From IMG/VR virus record IMGVR_UViG_3300043777_000102, positions 6,888 through 70,887 of that record: a stretch of DNA of 64,000 nt; one strand, given 5' to 3'. Under the pieces are notes generated by a model. That model was not told where the DNA came from. It ran no database searches and was given only the letters and a program-made list of their open reading frames with translations. Of this stretch, positions 27,553-37,301 are shown one piece after another (the stretch's first letter is position 1; the number at the start of each line of letters is the position of its first letter). Source of the stretch: a virus. Made by a program: the position numbers and the translations under genes.

Positions 27553-28400
27553 CACGTCACCTTGCGGTCTTCTTGGATCGCGAGTCCCGGGCAGCTTCGC
27601 AGCTTCTCCGACCGGATCGCGTAGCCGATGCGCGTAGTGTTGAACTGCACGAAATCGAGCGGCGCTTTGCCGGCCGCGATGGCCTTGACCAGCGTCAGGA
27701 GATCGCTCGCCTCGACGTCCAACTTCCACCGCGTCGTCAGGGACGCGACGCCACCGAGCGGCGAGTAAACACGCGACAGTTCGGCAGCCGGGGCGTGTGC
27801 GGCGTCGGCGGCGTCCTGGGCGGCGTTGCCAAGGCGCGCGGCGCTCTCCAGCGCATCGGCGTCGTCGTGCTGGATCGCCTGGGCAGCGGCGGCAGCGGCC
27901 TTGTCAGCCAGCGCCTTCGCCCCGGCCTGGGCGACTGCGCGGCGCATGGCCTCGACCTTCTCGGCGTATGCGGTGCGCCGGCGGTTAATGACCGGCAGCG
28001 CGGCTTCCAGCTTGGCGGCCAGGGCCTTGAAGAAGCCGTCCACGGCACGCTGGGCGACCAGCACGGGCGCCTTCTCAATGGCGTGGTGCGTCCCGATCAG
28101 CTTGATGTGGTCTTTGATCTTGTTGGCCAGATCCGTCGCCCGGCCCTGCACGTCGTCGTCCAGGATGACGGGAAAGCCCTTGTCGAACCGGCCAAACGAC
28201 TCCAGCAGCTCCTTCTCGCGCTCGCGCAGGATGGCGCAGTTGTGCTCCAGCCAGTCGGTCCACCCAGCCGCGTCCAGCGTCAGGGACGCGGCCGGCGGCC
28301 GGTTGTCGCCCATCGGCGGGGGCTCAGCCTCAACCACAGGCGCGACATACGGATCGCTGCCACCGCGGCGACGGGCGCGGGATGCTCCTGAGAGGGCCAT
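27552..28400 (-). CDS. Conserved phage coiled-coil protein
   Basis: MGDNRPP motif, EKAPVL..QRAVDGFF, C-terminal PGLAIQED. Confidence 0.7.
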   Translation of the reverse strand: MALSGASRARRRGGSDPYVAPVVEAEPPPMGDNRPPAASLTLDAAGWTDWLEHNCAILREREKELLESFGRFDKGFPVILDDDVQGRATDLANKIKDHIKLIGTHHAIEKAPVLVAQRAVDGFFKALAAKLEAALPVINRRRTAYAEKVEAMRRAVAQAGAKALADKAAAAAAQAIQHDDADALESAARLGNAAQDAADAAHAPAAELSRVYSPLGGVASLTTRWKLDVEASDLLTLVKAIAAGKAPLDFVQFNTTRIGYAIRSEKLRSCPGLAIQEDRKVT

Positions 28401-28651
28401 CAGAGCGGCTCGTCGTCGGCCGGGACCGCGGCGGGACGCTGCGAACGAATCTCCTTCTGGCGCGCTTCCTCCAAGAAGCGGTCGATCTCCCAGCACACGT
28501 CGGGCGCCATCCCTTCGCCGCCCGGACGCCCGAGCAGCGCAGCGTGGAAGGCCTCCACCACGAAGGCCTGCGCCTGCAGGACGTGGTTCGCCTGCCTGAC
28601 GCGGCGCAGCTCGTCGGCTGCCTGACGCATCAGACGCTCGTGCTCCTTCAT
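28400..28651 (-). CDS. Hypothetical protein
   Basis: GAGGAG RBS; TGATG coupling. Confidence 0.6.
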   Translation of the reverse strand: MKEHERLMRQAADELRRVRQANHVLQAQAFVVEAFHAALLGRPGGEGMAPDVCWEIDRFLEEARQKEIRSQRPAAVPADDEPL

Positions 28652-28653
28652 GG

Positions 28654-29019
28654 TCAGAACTCCTCGACAGGTTGAAGCCGTAGGTCGACGGGCTGCATCG
28701 GGTTTGCGGCGGGGTGGCGCGGCCGGTGCAGCTTCGCGTAGTCGCGCAGGGCGTTCAGGTAGTCGTACTCGGACTGGCTGATCGGCTCGCCGTACAGGTG
28801 GACGCGCTGCGCCAGGTTCGTATCGGGCAGGTCGCGAAACTCCTCCAGCGTCCAGAAGCCGAGCGCTGGCGAGCCGTCCACCGTCGCGGTCCAGACATCG
28901 TGCAGCATGTCCAGCTTGGCCGGGACCTTCCACGCACGCGGGGCAAGTCTGACCTTGTAGAAGCCGGCGACAGGCTCCGATACGACTCGCGGTTTGGTCC
29001 AGTCCCTTGTGTCAGCCAT
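28654..29019 (-). CDS. Hypothetical phage protein, first gene of the leftward operon
   Basis: PVAGFYKVRL..PI..SEYDYL..HPAANP..PVDL. Confidence 0.7.
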   Translation of the reverse strand: MADTRDWTKPRVVSEPVAGFYKVRLAPRAWKVPAKLDMLHDVWTATVDGSPALGFWTLEEFRDLPDTNLAQRVHLYGEPISQSEYDYLNALRDYAKLHRPRHPAANPMQPVDLRLQPVEEF

Positions 29020-29116
29020 GTAACCCCCGATCGCGGCTATGGAAGGCACGACGCCTCTTTGCAGTCAAGGCGAAAATACGCTTGCGTTAATAAATTTTCC
29101 TGCGTAGCGTGACCGG
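29020..29116. promoter_or_regulatory. Divergent early control region
   Basis: AT-rich intergenic segment between leftward and rightward operons. Confidence 0.55.
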
Positions 29117-29485
29117 ATGGATAGCACATTGCGCTACTACCCTGGCAGCCGGCTCCTGGATTTCGGTGACCGGTCCGCCCTCCTGACCGCCGCCGAGAGT
29201 GCGCTTTTCCTCGCGGCGGCGACTGCTGGCAAGCACGGGATCACATGGGAGGCGCTTGCCGAGCGCGTGCGGCGTCCGTCGGCTGGCGCGTCGGCCACCT
29301 ACCGGAATCACATGCGACAGGTGCTCCATAACCTCCGCGCGACGCTGCGCGATGCCGGTATTCCGATCGCGATCGATGTGGTGACCGGGATGGGCGTCGT
29401 CTGCCGCAGTGACATCGAGATCGTTTCTCAACTCCAGCAGGAGCCTACCAATGGCCAGGAAGCCGAAGGACGAGTCAGTGAGTAA
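29117..29485 (+). CDS. Stand-alone OmpR/PhoB-type winged-helix protein (CtrA-DBD-like, no receiver domain)
   Basis: LT..E..LF..ITWEALAERV..RQVLHNLRATL..IDVVTGMG matches the OmpR effector-domain pattern. Confidence 0.55.
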   Translation: MDSTLRYYPGSRLLDFGDRSALLTAAESALFLAAATAGKHGITWEALAERVRRPSAGASATYRNHMRQVLHNLRATLRDAGIPIAIDVVTGMGVVCRSDIEIVSQLQQEPTNGQEAEGRVSE

Positions 29486-30074
29486 CGTGGACCCCGACCT
29501 GATGGTCGAAGCGCTCGGCTGGTACGCCGAGAAGCGCGGCGACATAGCCAGCATCCAGCAGGAGATCGCGACCGGGCTAGGGCGGTACGAGAAGCAGGGG
29601 ATCGACAAGAAGGCGCTGAAGCTGGCCTACAGCCTCCAGTCGTCCGATCTGACGCCCGAGGAGATCGCGGCGCAGCGTCGGCGCGAGCACGAATACCTGA
29701 CCTGGGCCGGGATCATCACGGTCGAGGCAGACGGTCAGACGTCGATCATCACCGGTTTGGAGCCGAAGAAGCCGAGCGCCAAGGCGGCGAAGAAGCTGGC
29801 GGACGGCAAGGTGCAATCCGACGGCTACAACACGGCTCGCGCTGGAGGCACCTTGGACGACAACCCGCACCAAGCCGGGACCGAGGACTATGCGCTGTGG
29901 GCCGAGGCGTTCACCCAGTCGCGCCATGACGTGCAGGAGGAGGAGGCCAAGGCAGCGCTGCCGCCTGCCAAGCGCGGTCGGAAGGCGTCACCGGCCGCCG
30001 CCGCCGTTGAAGCGTTGCAGGCCCAGGCCGAGCGGTTGGGCGGCGACATGCCGGCCACAGTCGAAACGCCGTGA
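29451..30074 (+). CDS. GapR-like (DUF2312-like) nucleoid protein with RMF-like C-terminal motif
   Basis: GIDKKALK...L..D...EYL..AG; GYNTARAG....NPH..GT..Y..W. Confidence 0.5.
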   Translation: MARKPKDESVSNVDPDLMVEALGWYAEKRGDIASIQQEIATGLGRYEKQGIDKKALKLAYSLQSSDLTPEEIAAQRRREHEYLTWAGIITVEADGQTSIITGLEPKKPSAKAAKKLADGKVQSDGYNTARAGGTLDDNPHQAGTEDYALWAEAFTQSRHDVQEEEAKAALPPAKRGRKASPAAAAVEALQAQAERLGGDMPATVETP

Positions 30075-30613
30075 TCGTCCTGGCCGTTGACCCCGGTCAG
30101 TCCGGCGCGCTCGCATGGGTGCACAGCAGCGGCGCGCTGATCGCGGTCGCGGACATGCCGGTGGTCGAGGTGCGCGGCAAAAACCGAGTGTCGGCTACGG
30201 GATTGGCTGCCCTGATGCGCCGCCGTGACGTGTCCATGGTTGCGATTGAGCAGGTTATCGCGATGCCGCGAGTGCGAGCCAATGGCAACGCGATCAAGAT
30301 GGGCGCGGCTTCGACTTTGTACTTCGGGTACGGAGCAGGTCTGATCGAGGGCGTTGCGACTGGATTGGACCTACCGGTGCGCGTCTTGCATCCCAGCACA
30401 TGGAAATCGCGCGGCGGGATCCCGGCTGACAAGGGTGCCGCCCGGCAGATGGCGCAACGTCTCTGGCCGGCGAGCGCCGCCATGTTCAACCGCGTGAAGG
30501 ACCACGGTCGTGCTGATGCCGCGTTGCTCGCTCGATTTGTCGCAGTCGGAGATGCGCTTGGCGGTCCGCATCTCGCCATTGACGTCCGCAGCGCCGAGCA
30601 ACAGGCTGGCTGA
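30071..30613 (+). CDS. RuvC-like Holliday junction resolvase
   Basis: VLAVDPG..GALA, VAIEQV, P.TWK, DHGRADAALLA. Confidence 0.85.
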   Translation: MIVLAVDPGQSGALAWVHSSGALIAVADMPVVEVRGKNRVSATGLAALMRRRDVSMVAIEQVIAMPRVRANGNAIKMGAASTLYFGYGAGLIEGVATGLDLPVRVLHPSTWKSRGGIPADKGAARQMAQRLWPASAAMFNRVKDHGRADAALLARFVAVGDALGGPHLAIDVRSAEQQAG

Positions 30614-30632
30614 CAACTGATCGGGGGACGAA

Positions 30633-31208
30633 ATGCCAATCGGAGTCTACGACCGGACGACGTACAATCGCAGGCCGCTCGACACTGATTGGCCCAGCGA
30701 TCGGATCATCCGGTTGCGTGCGCTTTGGGACGAGGGCCTCTCCACCGCCGAGATCGGCCGGCGCCTGGGCGTCAGCAAGAACTCGGTGGTCTCGAAATCT
30801 CACCGGCTCGGCCTGCCAGGCCGTCCGTCGCCGATCCGTCGGCGCGAGGAAGGTGCTCCTGCGCCGCCGCGCCGCGCCGTTGCCAAGGTGCAGGGCCCAA
30901 CCCTCCCGCCGATGTCGGCCCCTGCGCCGATCGTCCTCCGCGATCCGCTGCCGGTCCTGCGCACCGAGCTGCCAAGGCCAAAGCCCGTTGCCGCGCTGTT
31001 CGGCCGCGTGACCGAGTGCTGCTTTCCAGAAGGCGAACCGGGGACTCGGGGCTTCCACTACTGCGACGCGCCAACGGTGCCGGGCGGCAGCTATTGCGAG
31101 GCTCATGCGAAGCGCTGCTACGTCGAGCAGCATCGGCCCGACCCGAACGCCCCCGTCCCGCACGAGACCCCGAGTCGCTTCAGCTTCGCGCGCCACGGCG
31201 ACGAGTGA
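30633..31208 (+). CDS. gcrA: GcrA cell-cycle regulator homolog
   Basis: W..DRI..LRALWDEGLSTAEIGRRLGVSKNSVVSKSHRLGL; C-terminal CCFP.GEP...FHYC....GSYCEAH. Confidence 0.92.
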   Translation: MPIGVYDRTTYNRRPLDTDWPSDRIIRLRALWDEGLSTAEIGRRLGVSKNSVVSKSHRLGLPGRPSPIRRREEGAPAPPRRAVAKVQGPTLPPMSAPAPIVLRDPLPVLRTELPRPKPVAALFGRVTECCFPEGEPGTRGFHYCDAPTVPGGSYCEAHAKRCYVEQHRPDPNAPVPHETPSRFSFARHGDE

Positions 31209-32698
31209 TGCCACCTGACGGTTTCGGGCTGCTGGGCGTGTCGCTGCGCCAACCGCCCTCCAATTTGCTCGCTGAGCAGAGCCTGTTGGGCACACTCCTG
31301 GCCTCGAACCGCACGCTGGACAAGGTGCTCGACCTGCTGGAGCCGGAGAGCTTCAGCGATGTCGTGAACGGTCGCCTGTACGAGATCATCCGCGACCGCG
31401 TGACGACCGGGCTGCTGGCCGACGCGGTGACGCTGCGGTCGGTGCTGGACGGCGCTGGCATACTCGATGAGGTCGGCGGGACGTCCTACCTGGCGCAGCT
31501 CCTGTCGGCCATGGTCGCACCGCTGATGGCCTCGGACTACGCCCTGACAATCCGGGACGCTTGGCTCCGGCGGCAACTGATCGAGATCGGGCGCGAGATC
31601 ACCGAGCTCGCCTTCGGTGCGGACCCATCGCAGGACGCCGCCGCGCAGATCGGCGCCGCCGAGAGAGCCCTTGCGGAACTCGGCACCGGCGGCCGCAAGG
31701 GTGCGACCCTGTCCTCACTCGGCGCCGCAGTGCACGCCACTCTGGCGCGGGCTAGGGCAGCCGCTGCGGTCGGTCAGTCGCCGGCGCTGATGACGGGCCT
31801 CGCCGCGGTGGATCAGGCCCTGGGCGGTCTCTGGCCGGGTGAGATGACGATCCTGGCGGGCATTCCGGGTTCCGGAAAATCCGCACTTGCCATGGGTATC
31901 GGCACCTCGATCGCCCAATCCGGTAAACCAGTCCTGTTCCTGAGCCGCGAGATGTCGGCCGAGCAGCTCGCCGCCCGCATCGCCGGTCAGCGCGCCGGGA
32001 TCAGCGCGCGGTCGGTCATGCGCGGCGATTTCGACATGCTTGCCGCGGATCGCCTGGTGCTGGCCGAGAAGGAGATGCACGACTGGCCGCTCGACATTTA
32101 CGACTGCCGGCGCACGCCGCTGCGGGTGCTCGGCGCCAAGACGCGGATGCTGCTGCAACGCAAGCCGGCGGCGCTCGTGATCCTGGATCACCTGCTGGTG
32201 GCCAACCCCGAGGAACAGCAGGACAAGCGCCGGTCGGCCGGCCATGACGCCAGCAGCGTGTCGGCCGCAGCGTATGCACAGAGGGAGATCGCCGGAGATT
32301 TCGGGATCCCGTTTCTGGTGCTGACCCAGATGTCCCGCCCGCCGTCGGACAATCGGGCGCGCCGCCCCACCATGCAGTCGCTCAAGTACGGGGGCGAGGA
32401 AGCGGCCGACTCGGTGGTGTTCGTCCACCGGCCGATTATGTTCATGGACCACGACTCGCCGCCGCGGGGGAAGCGCGCGAGCGAAGCGGACTGGGCTGTC
32501 GAGCGCGCTGAGCACTACGCCAAGCTGGACGCCGCGCGAGAGGTGGCCGAGCTGATCGTCGCCAAGAACCGCATGGACGAGGGGGCCACGGTGGTGAAGA
32601 TGCGTTACGTCGGTGCTCTGACGCAGTTTCAGGAGTGGTCGGACGACGCGCCGCCGGCGCCTTCCGTGCCGCCTGGTGAACTGTGGAGCGGCGAATGA
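31208..32698 (+). CDS. dnaB: Replicative DNA helicase
   Basis: PP.NL.AEQSLLG N-domain; Walker A GIPGSGKS; SREM; ILDHL; LTQMSR; EEAAD; IVAKNR. Confidence 0.93.
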   Translation: MPPDGFGLLGVSLRQPPSNLLAEQSLLGTLLASNRTLDKVLDLLEPESFSDVVNGRLYEIIRDRVTTGLLADAVTLRSVLDGAGILDEVGGTSYLAQLLSAMVAPLMASDYALTIRDAWLRRQLIEIGREITELAFGADPSQDAAAQIGAAERALAELGTGGRKGATLSSLGAAVHATLARARAAAAVGQSPALMTGLAAVDQALGGLWPGEMTILAGIPGSGKSALAMGIGTSIAQSGKPVLFLSREMSAEQLAARIAGQRAGISARSVMRGDFDMLAADRLVLAEKEMHDWPLDIYDCRRTPLRVLGAKTRMLLQRKPAALVILDHLLVANPEEQQDKRRSAGHDASSVSAAAYAQREIAGDFGIPFLVLTQMSRPPSDNRARRPTMQSLKYGGEEAADSVVFVHRPIMFMDHDSPPRGKRASEADWAVERAEHYAKLDAAREVAELIVAKNRMDEGATVVKMRYVGALTQFQEWSDDAPPAPSVPPGELWSGE

Positions 32699-32952
32699 AG
32701 GTCAGAACCTGGGGCAACCCCTGCCACGATTGCGGCTCGCGCCAGGGCGAAACGCCGTTCCCCCGCGGTCGGCGCCGACGTGGGGAGCCGAGATTGTGCG
32801 TGGATTGCATCGCTGAGCGTGCCCGCGTGGCGCTGCGTGACGCACTCCCAGGCTCTGTCTACCAGACCCGCGCAAGCTACCGGGCGGCGCTGCGGTATCG
32901 CCAGAAACAGCCCCAAGCCGATCTCGTGGACTTGGTGACGCGCTGCCCCTAA
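32695..32952 (+). CDS. Small zinc-finger protein
   Basis: CHDC..CVDC; ATGA coupling. Confidence 0.55.
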   Translation: MKVRTWGNPCHDCGSRQGETPFPRGRRRRGEPRLCVDCIAERARVALRDALPGSVYQTRASYRAALRYRQKQPQADLVDLVTRCP

Positions 32953-33087
32953 AATGCAGAACGCCAGCCGTGGGGGCTGGCGCTGCGTTTGGATGGGCCG
33001 TGCAAGGGCCGAACCCGGAGAAGCCTTGATGGAGCTTCCCCGATTTAAGCGGCACGGCGTCATCCGTCAAGCAACGGAGACGTGACA

Positions 33088-34197
33088 ATGACTGACCGGC
33101 TCTCTTTTCTCGACAAAACCAAGGCGTTCCATCGCTCGATGCCGCGGTCCTGGCCACCGCTGACCAAGCACATCGCGACCGTGCTGTTCACGTACGCGGG
33201 GTCTGAAGACGGCAGCGGCATCACCTGTTCGGTCGCCACAATCGCCGATCAGGCGGGCGAGCCGGAGCGGAATGTGCAGCGAACGCAGGAGTTCATGCGC
33301 ATTGGCGGCTTCCTTACCGACGAGGGCTTCTACGAACCGCGCAAAGGCGTGCGCATTCCCGCGCGTCGACTCGTGCTGGAGGCAATCCAGGCTGCTCGGG
33401 ATATTGAGCAGGGAGGGGTGCCAACCCTGGCACCCGGTGCCAACCCTGGCACCGGGAGGGGTGACAGTGGTGGCACCCCAGGGGGTGCCACTGGTGGCAC
33501 CCAAACCGAGAGAGAAGATAACCGAGAGATCAGACAACCAAGTACAGCTATTGGTCACTGCTCAGGATCGAAGGCTTTGAAGGGCAGTCAACTGACCGGA
33601 GAGTTCGATGCAACCTTCTGGCCGCTCTACCCCCGAAAGGTCGCCAAGCCGAAGGCGCTCAAAGCGTACGTCCGCGCGCGGCGCGGCGGGGCGACGGTCG
33701 AGATGATCATGGCGGCACTCGGCGCTTATGTCTTCAGTCCCGACCCCACCTATCGGCCACACCCCGCGACCTGGCTCAATGACGCCCACTGGCAGGACGA
33801 GCCGGACGCCGCCGGTCCGATGGCTGACGGTCGCGCGCTGGCCGCCGATAACGACTACGGGACGACCGCGTGGGCTGCGACGGTCCCAGACGCCAAGCCG
33901 GACCTGAAGGATGGACAGCTTTGCTTGGGGGGCATCACCGGCCGCGGGTACTATCTGGCCGGCTTCGCTGCCGATCTGTGCGAGGCCGCGAACATGGACC
34001 CCACCCGAGTCGCCGGCGGCCTGGCCATCGTCGCGGAGTGGCTGCGAGCGTACAAGGACCCGAACTGGATTGAGGCCGTGATCAAGCGCACACGGAAGCC
34101 AGCCGGAGGGGTTCACTCGCTGGAGTACTTCCGCCAACCGGTCGCCGACGCTGGGGCGAAGCTGGAAGCGGATCGGCAGGACCAATTTGCACTCTGA
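33088..34197 (+). CDS. Phage replication initiator protein
   Basis: N-terminal HTH (SVATIADQAG); FWPLYPRKVAK..A.KAY and HPATWLN..W.DE motifs; internal iterons. Confidence 0.8.
   Translation: MTDRLSFLDKTKAFHRSMPRSWPPLTKHIATVLFTYAGSEDGSGITCSVATIADQAGEPERNVQRTQEFMRIGGFLTDEGFYEPRKGVRIPARRLVLEAIQAARDIEQGGVPTLAPGANPGTGRGDSGGTPGGATGGTQTEREDNREIRQPSTAIGHCSGSKALKGSQLTGEFDATFWPLYPRKVAKPKALKAYVRARRGGATVEMIMAALGAYVFSPDPTYRPHPATWLNDAHWQDEPDAAGPMADGRALAADNDYGTTAWAATVPDAKPDLKDGQLCLGGITGRGYYLAGFAADLCEAANMDPTRVAGGLAIVAEWLRAYKDPNWIEAVIKRTRKPAGGVHSLEYFRQPVADAGAKLEADRQDQFAL
33417..33501. repeat. Four 18-bp palindromic iterons (probable replication origin)
   Basis: GGTGCCA-N4-TGGCACC at 33417, 33436, 33460 (GGTGACA variant) and 33484. 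Confidence 0.75.
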
Positions 34198-34208
34198 AAG
34201 GACCGACG

Positions 34209-34913
34209 ATGTTGGAAGGCAAGCTACTGGACGCGGACGAACGCAAGCGGCTGGAGGACGCTGTGAGGCGTACCGGCTGGTCGTGGGTGACGTTCGGGGA
34301 GAGGTTCGACCTGACGATCAGCCAGGCGCTGGCCGTGCGCAAGGGCAAGCGACAATGGCCGATGCGGCTGACGGAGTATGTCGAGGCGGTCGCGGACGCA
34401 GTCGAGTCGGTGCCGGTGCCGGCGCCGCAGGGTCAGGAGGAGATTGCGGTGGGTGTAACGCCGAGGGTGATCGTCGACACGCTGGGCGAGCCGATTGGAG
34501 GGCCATACGTTCCGATCACCCAGGGCTATTCGCCGCCGGGTGGTTACGTGGCAACAGGCGAGAATGCCAAGCGCCTGTTGGGGGAGATGGATCGGTCCGA
34601 CCCGACGCGGCTTCTATCGGTCGCCGACGTCGCCGGCGCGCTGGCCGACATCTTCATGTCAGCCGATGCCAGGGGAGGCGAGGCCGTTCAGGCGGCGGTG
34701 GACGCGGCGGTGGAGCGGCTGGGGATAGAGCCGGAGGTGGTGGAGGCGATACGGGAGCGGCAGCAGGCTGCGGTGGACGCGGCTGAGACGGAGGCAATGC
34801 TGGCGGATCAGGGGGCGGATCCGGCTCCGGGCTATCGGTCGCCGCCGCAGTCTCGGCAGCCAGGCGCTCTGACAGGAGTCTCGCCTTTTCCTCACGACGG
34901 GCCTTCCGGGTAG
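34209..34913 (+). CDS. Hypothetical protein with HTH-like N-terminus
   Basis: AAGGA RBS; GWSWVTFGERFDLTISQALAVRKG. Confidence 0.65.
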   Translation: MLEGKLLDADERKRLEDAVRRTGWSWVTFGERFDLTISQALAVRKGKRQWPMRLTEYVEAVADAVESVPVPAPQGQEEIAVGVTPRVIVDTLGEPIGGPYVPITQGYSPPGGYVATGENAKRLLGEMDRSDPTRLLSVADVAGALADIFMSADARGGEAVQAAVDAAVERLGIEPEVVEAIRERQQAAVDAAETEAMLADQGADPAPGYRSPPQSRQPGALTGVSPFPHDGPSG

Positions 34914-35238
34914 CCTCGATCACGAACTTCGGCGGTCGCCATGCCTCGGGGTCGTAGTAGCCGGTCAGCTCGTCCATCAGCTCCGGGTGGCGCTCGAACA
35001 GCCACAGGACGCGCAGCAGCCACGACTGAGGCTCAGTCTGGCGCTTTCCCATGCCGAACCAGCGGTAGACGGTATCGGCGTCCAGCCCCAGCAGCTTGGA
35101 TAGGCGAAAGGGCGTGACGGCTAGGCGTTCGATCGCAGCTTTCGCGCGCTCTGACCGGGGTGTGACCAGCGGATCGCGCCATCGCCTGCGGCCGCGGGCG
35201 GGCTCGGGGAATACCGATCGCTTCGGCTTGCGGGCCAT
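34654..35238 (-). CDS. HTH-like protein with Pro-rich tail
   Basis: TPFRLSKLLGLDADTVYRW; tail overlaps 34209-34913 convergently. Confidence 0.55.
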   Translation of the reverse strand: MARKPKRSVFPEPARGRRRWRDPLVTPRSERAKAAIERLAVTPFRLSKLLGLDADTVYRWFGMGKRQTEPQSWLLRVLWLFERHPELMDELTGYYDPEAWRPPKFVIEATRKARREEKARLLSERLAAETAAATDSPEPDPPPDPPALPPSQPRPPQPAAAPVSPPPPPALSPAAPPPRPPPPERPRLPWHRLT

Positions 35239-35525
35239 CAGTGAGCGGGGCCGGTTTTTTCTATCGGTCGCTTCCAGCGTCGAACCATGGCCAGAATCTC
35301 CCGACACCTCTCCAAGTCGGCGCGCTCCTCTGGGCCAAGGGCAGACAGTTCAGCCGCGCTCGCAGGTTGCCAGCCGTGCGCATGCATGACGCTGAACGCA
35401 CCGCAGTTGACGCACAGGGACCAATCGCCCGGCTCAGGGACGCGCCCGCCGCCGTCGAATGAGCTGTCCGTGTCCAGCAGATGGCCGCAGGCGTCGCACA
35501 GGCGTGGTGGGGAGGGGATGGTCAT
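35238..35525 (-). CDS. Zinc-ribbon protein
   Basis: CDACG..PEPGDWSLCVNCG. Confidence 0.65.
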   Translation of the reverse strand: MTIPSPPRLCDACGHLLDTDSSFDGGGRVPEPGDWSLCVNCGAFSVMHAHGWQPASAAELSALGPEERADLERCREILAMVRRWKRPIEKTGPAH

Positions 35526-35684
35526 GGCTCGGGGCCCGTCCAGGCCAGCAGCAGCACGAAAGCCGGCCAGGCGCCCAGCGTGGCGGCGCCCAGGGCCAGC
35601 AGAATGACGGTCATCCGGTATCATGTAGCAAAGACCACTGCGTGGTGCGGTAGTTTCCGCCCCCTCAGTGCCATATTCAGTGTC

Positions 35685-36128
35685 ATGGCACAATCAATAA
35701 TCATGGGCGCATTGGTAGAACGGGCCTCAGAGATACGCGGACACATCGCGGTACTTGAGGGCCAGATCGCCAAGCACCGCGCGGACTTGGCGCACGTCGA
35801 AGCGACTGCGCGAATGTTCGATCCTTCCTACGATGGCAAGCGCGTCCGACCGAAACGGCCGGCGCCTCCACGCTCGACGTACTTTGCGATGGGCGAAATC
35901 AGCGAGCGGTGCCGCAACGCGCTCCGCGAGGCGACAGTGCCGATCTCGGCTGACGACGTTGCGGTGCAGGCCATGCGGGACAAGGGGCTGGACCTGGCCG
36001 ACCGCAAAATCCGGTCGGACATGATCGCCCGGCTGATCTGGGCGCTCCACCGGCTGGCGAAGGCTGGGCAAGCTGAGCGGATCGGGCATGGGCTGGGGGC
36101 GCGGTGGACGCTGGCTGGCCCGCCCTGA
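35685..36128 (+). CDS. Passenger: coiled-coil/wHTH-like hypothetical protein
   Basis: LVERASEIRG.I..LAHVEAT..MFDP..F..GEIS pattern. Confidence 0.7.
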   Translation: MAQSIIMGALVERASEIRGHIAVLEGQIAKHRADLAHVEATARMFDPSYDGKRVRPKRPAPPRSTYFAMGEISERCRNALREATVPISADDVAVQAMRDKGLDLADRKIRSDMIARLIWALHRLAKAGQAERIGHGLGARWTLAGPP

Positions 36129-36304
36129 CGGAATCGATTGACGCGCTACGCTAAGTGCTTGATATTGGCTGAATAGCAAAAGGCCACGGTTGCCACCGTG
36201 GCCCTTGCTGCCCGCGCAACCGTGGAGCGTCGCGGGCCATTCAGTACCGAACAGCGGTATGGTACGGGCCGCGTGCGGAATGGTCAAGACGGCTCCAGAG
36301 CTGA

Positions 36305-36667
36305 ATGGAGTCCGTCATGGACGAGTCCGAGTTCCCCTTCCGAGGCGTTAGCAATGCCGTCTATACCTACCGGCAAACCGATCTCAAAGGGGTGGGAACG
36401 ATCCCTCGCGGGCCGGGATGTTTTCTTTTTACCAGCGGGACCGGCCCGCATATAGCGGTCATCTATGCGGGGAGGAGTCAGAGTATCGCTAACCTTCTCG
36501 CGTCTACGGATGCTTGGCGGATCGCTCGCACCGAGTACGGGGCAGACACCCTTTGGACTCATCTGGTGTCGGACCCAGAGGAGCGTCAGCGGGAGCAAAA
36601 GGACGTCGTGGAGCGGGAACATCCTCCGATGAACGCTGTTTATAAGGGGGACGAAGAGGGGGAATGA
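36305..36667 (+). CDS. Passenger: degenerate GIY-YIG-like small protein
   Basis: PGCFLF..VIYAGRSQS..EQKDVV...HPPMN. Confidence 0.5.
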   Translation: MESVMDESEFPFRGVSNAVYTYRQTDLKGVGTIPRGPGCFLFTSGTGPHIAVIYAGRSQSIANLLASTDAWRIARTEYGADTLWTHLVSDPEERQREQKDVVEREHPPMNAVYKGDEEGE

Positions 36668-36899
36668 AACCGTCCCGCACCAAGCCTTGGTGGTAGAGGA
36701 TGATTCGGTCGGTAATCAGCCCGTTGATCTGCTTGTTGACCAATCCGACGAGCCACCAACGGAGTCGGACTCCCCACGGACCATCAGACATACTCGCGCG
36801 CGTCCTTGTGCCATGCTACCTACGTTGCACGGCCGGGCGCGGTCGGACTATGTGGGGACGGAAGCGGGGTGGCAGCCCCGCCCGTCGCTCTCTTCCCTC

Positions 36900-37301
36900 C
36901 TAATAGCTTGAGCAGGAAACCATGTTGCCCATCGGCATGCAGGTGGTCGTACGCGTCTGTGGCACATACGGGGCGGGCGTCATCGCTCGCAGAGTAGCGT
37001 TCGAGTTGTCCTGTTGCATTTGTTGCTGTGCCCGCCAATTAGCCTGCCATTGGGCAGAGGCGGCCGTGGAGTTGGCATCTTGCTCGGCGCGTAGCCGCAA
37101 CATGCAATCCGTGTAGCCCGGCGTGCCAAGACCGGCGCCGTAGCTGTCACAGGTGGCTCGCATCTGTTCTACCTGCTGTTGCTGCGCCCTCTGTCGCTGC
37201 TCGGCCATCGCCGCACAACCGGAGAGGGCGAGCAACGTCCCGATGGCCGCAAGTGATGCGGTTCGGCAACGGCCGGCGGATACTGGTCTTCCTTCGTTCA
37301 T
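36900..37301 (-). CDS. Passenger: lipoprotein
   Basis: Lipobox LSGC; C..YG...GT..Y..C; coupled to the transposase stop. Confidence 0.7.
   Translation of the reverse strand: MNEGRPVSAGRCRTASLAAIGTLLALSGCAAMAEQRQRAQQQQVEQMRATCDSYGAGLGTPGYTDCMLRLRAEQDANSTAASAQWQANWRAQQQMQQDNSNATLRAMTPAPYVPQTRTTTCMPMGNMVSCSSY

Noticed and set aside
29080-29105. Additional CtrA boxes (also near 26918 and 57382)
   Set aside because: Only half sites (TTAA or TTAAC) without the N7-spaced partner.
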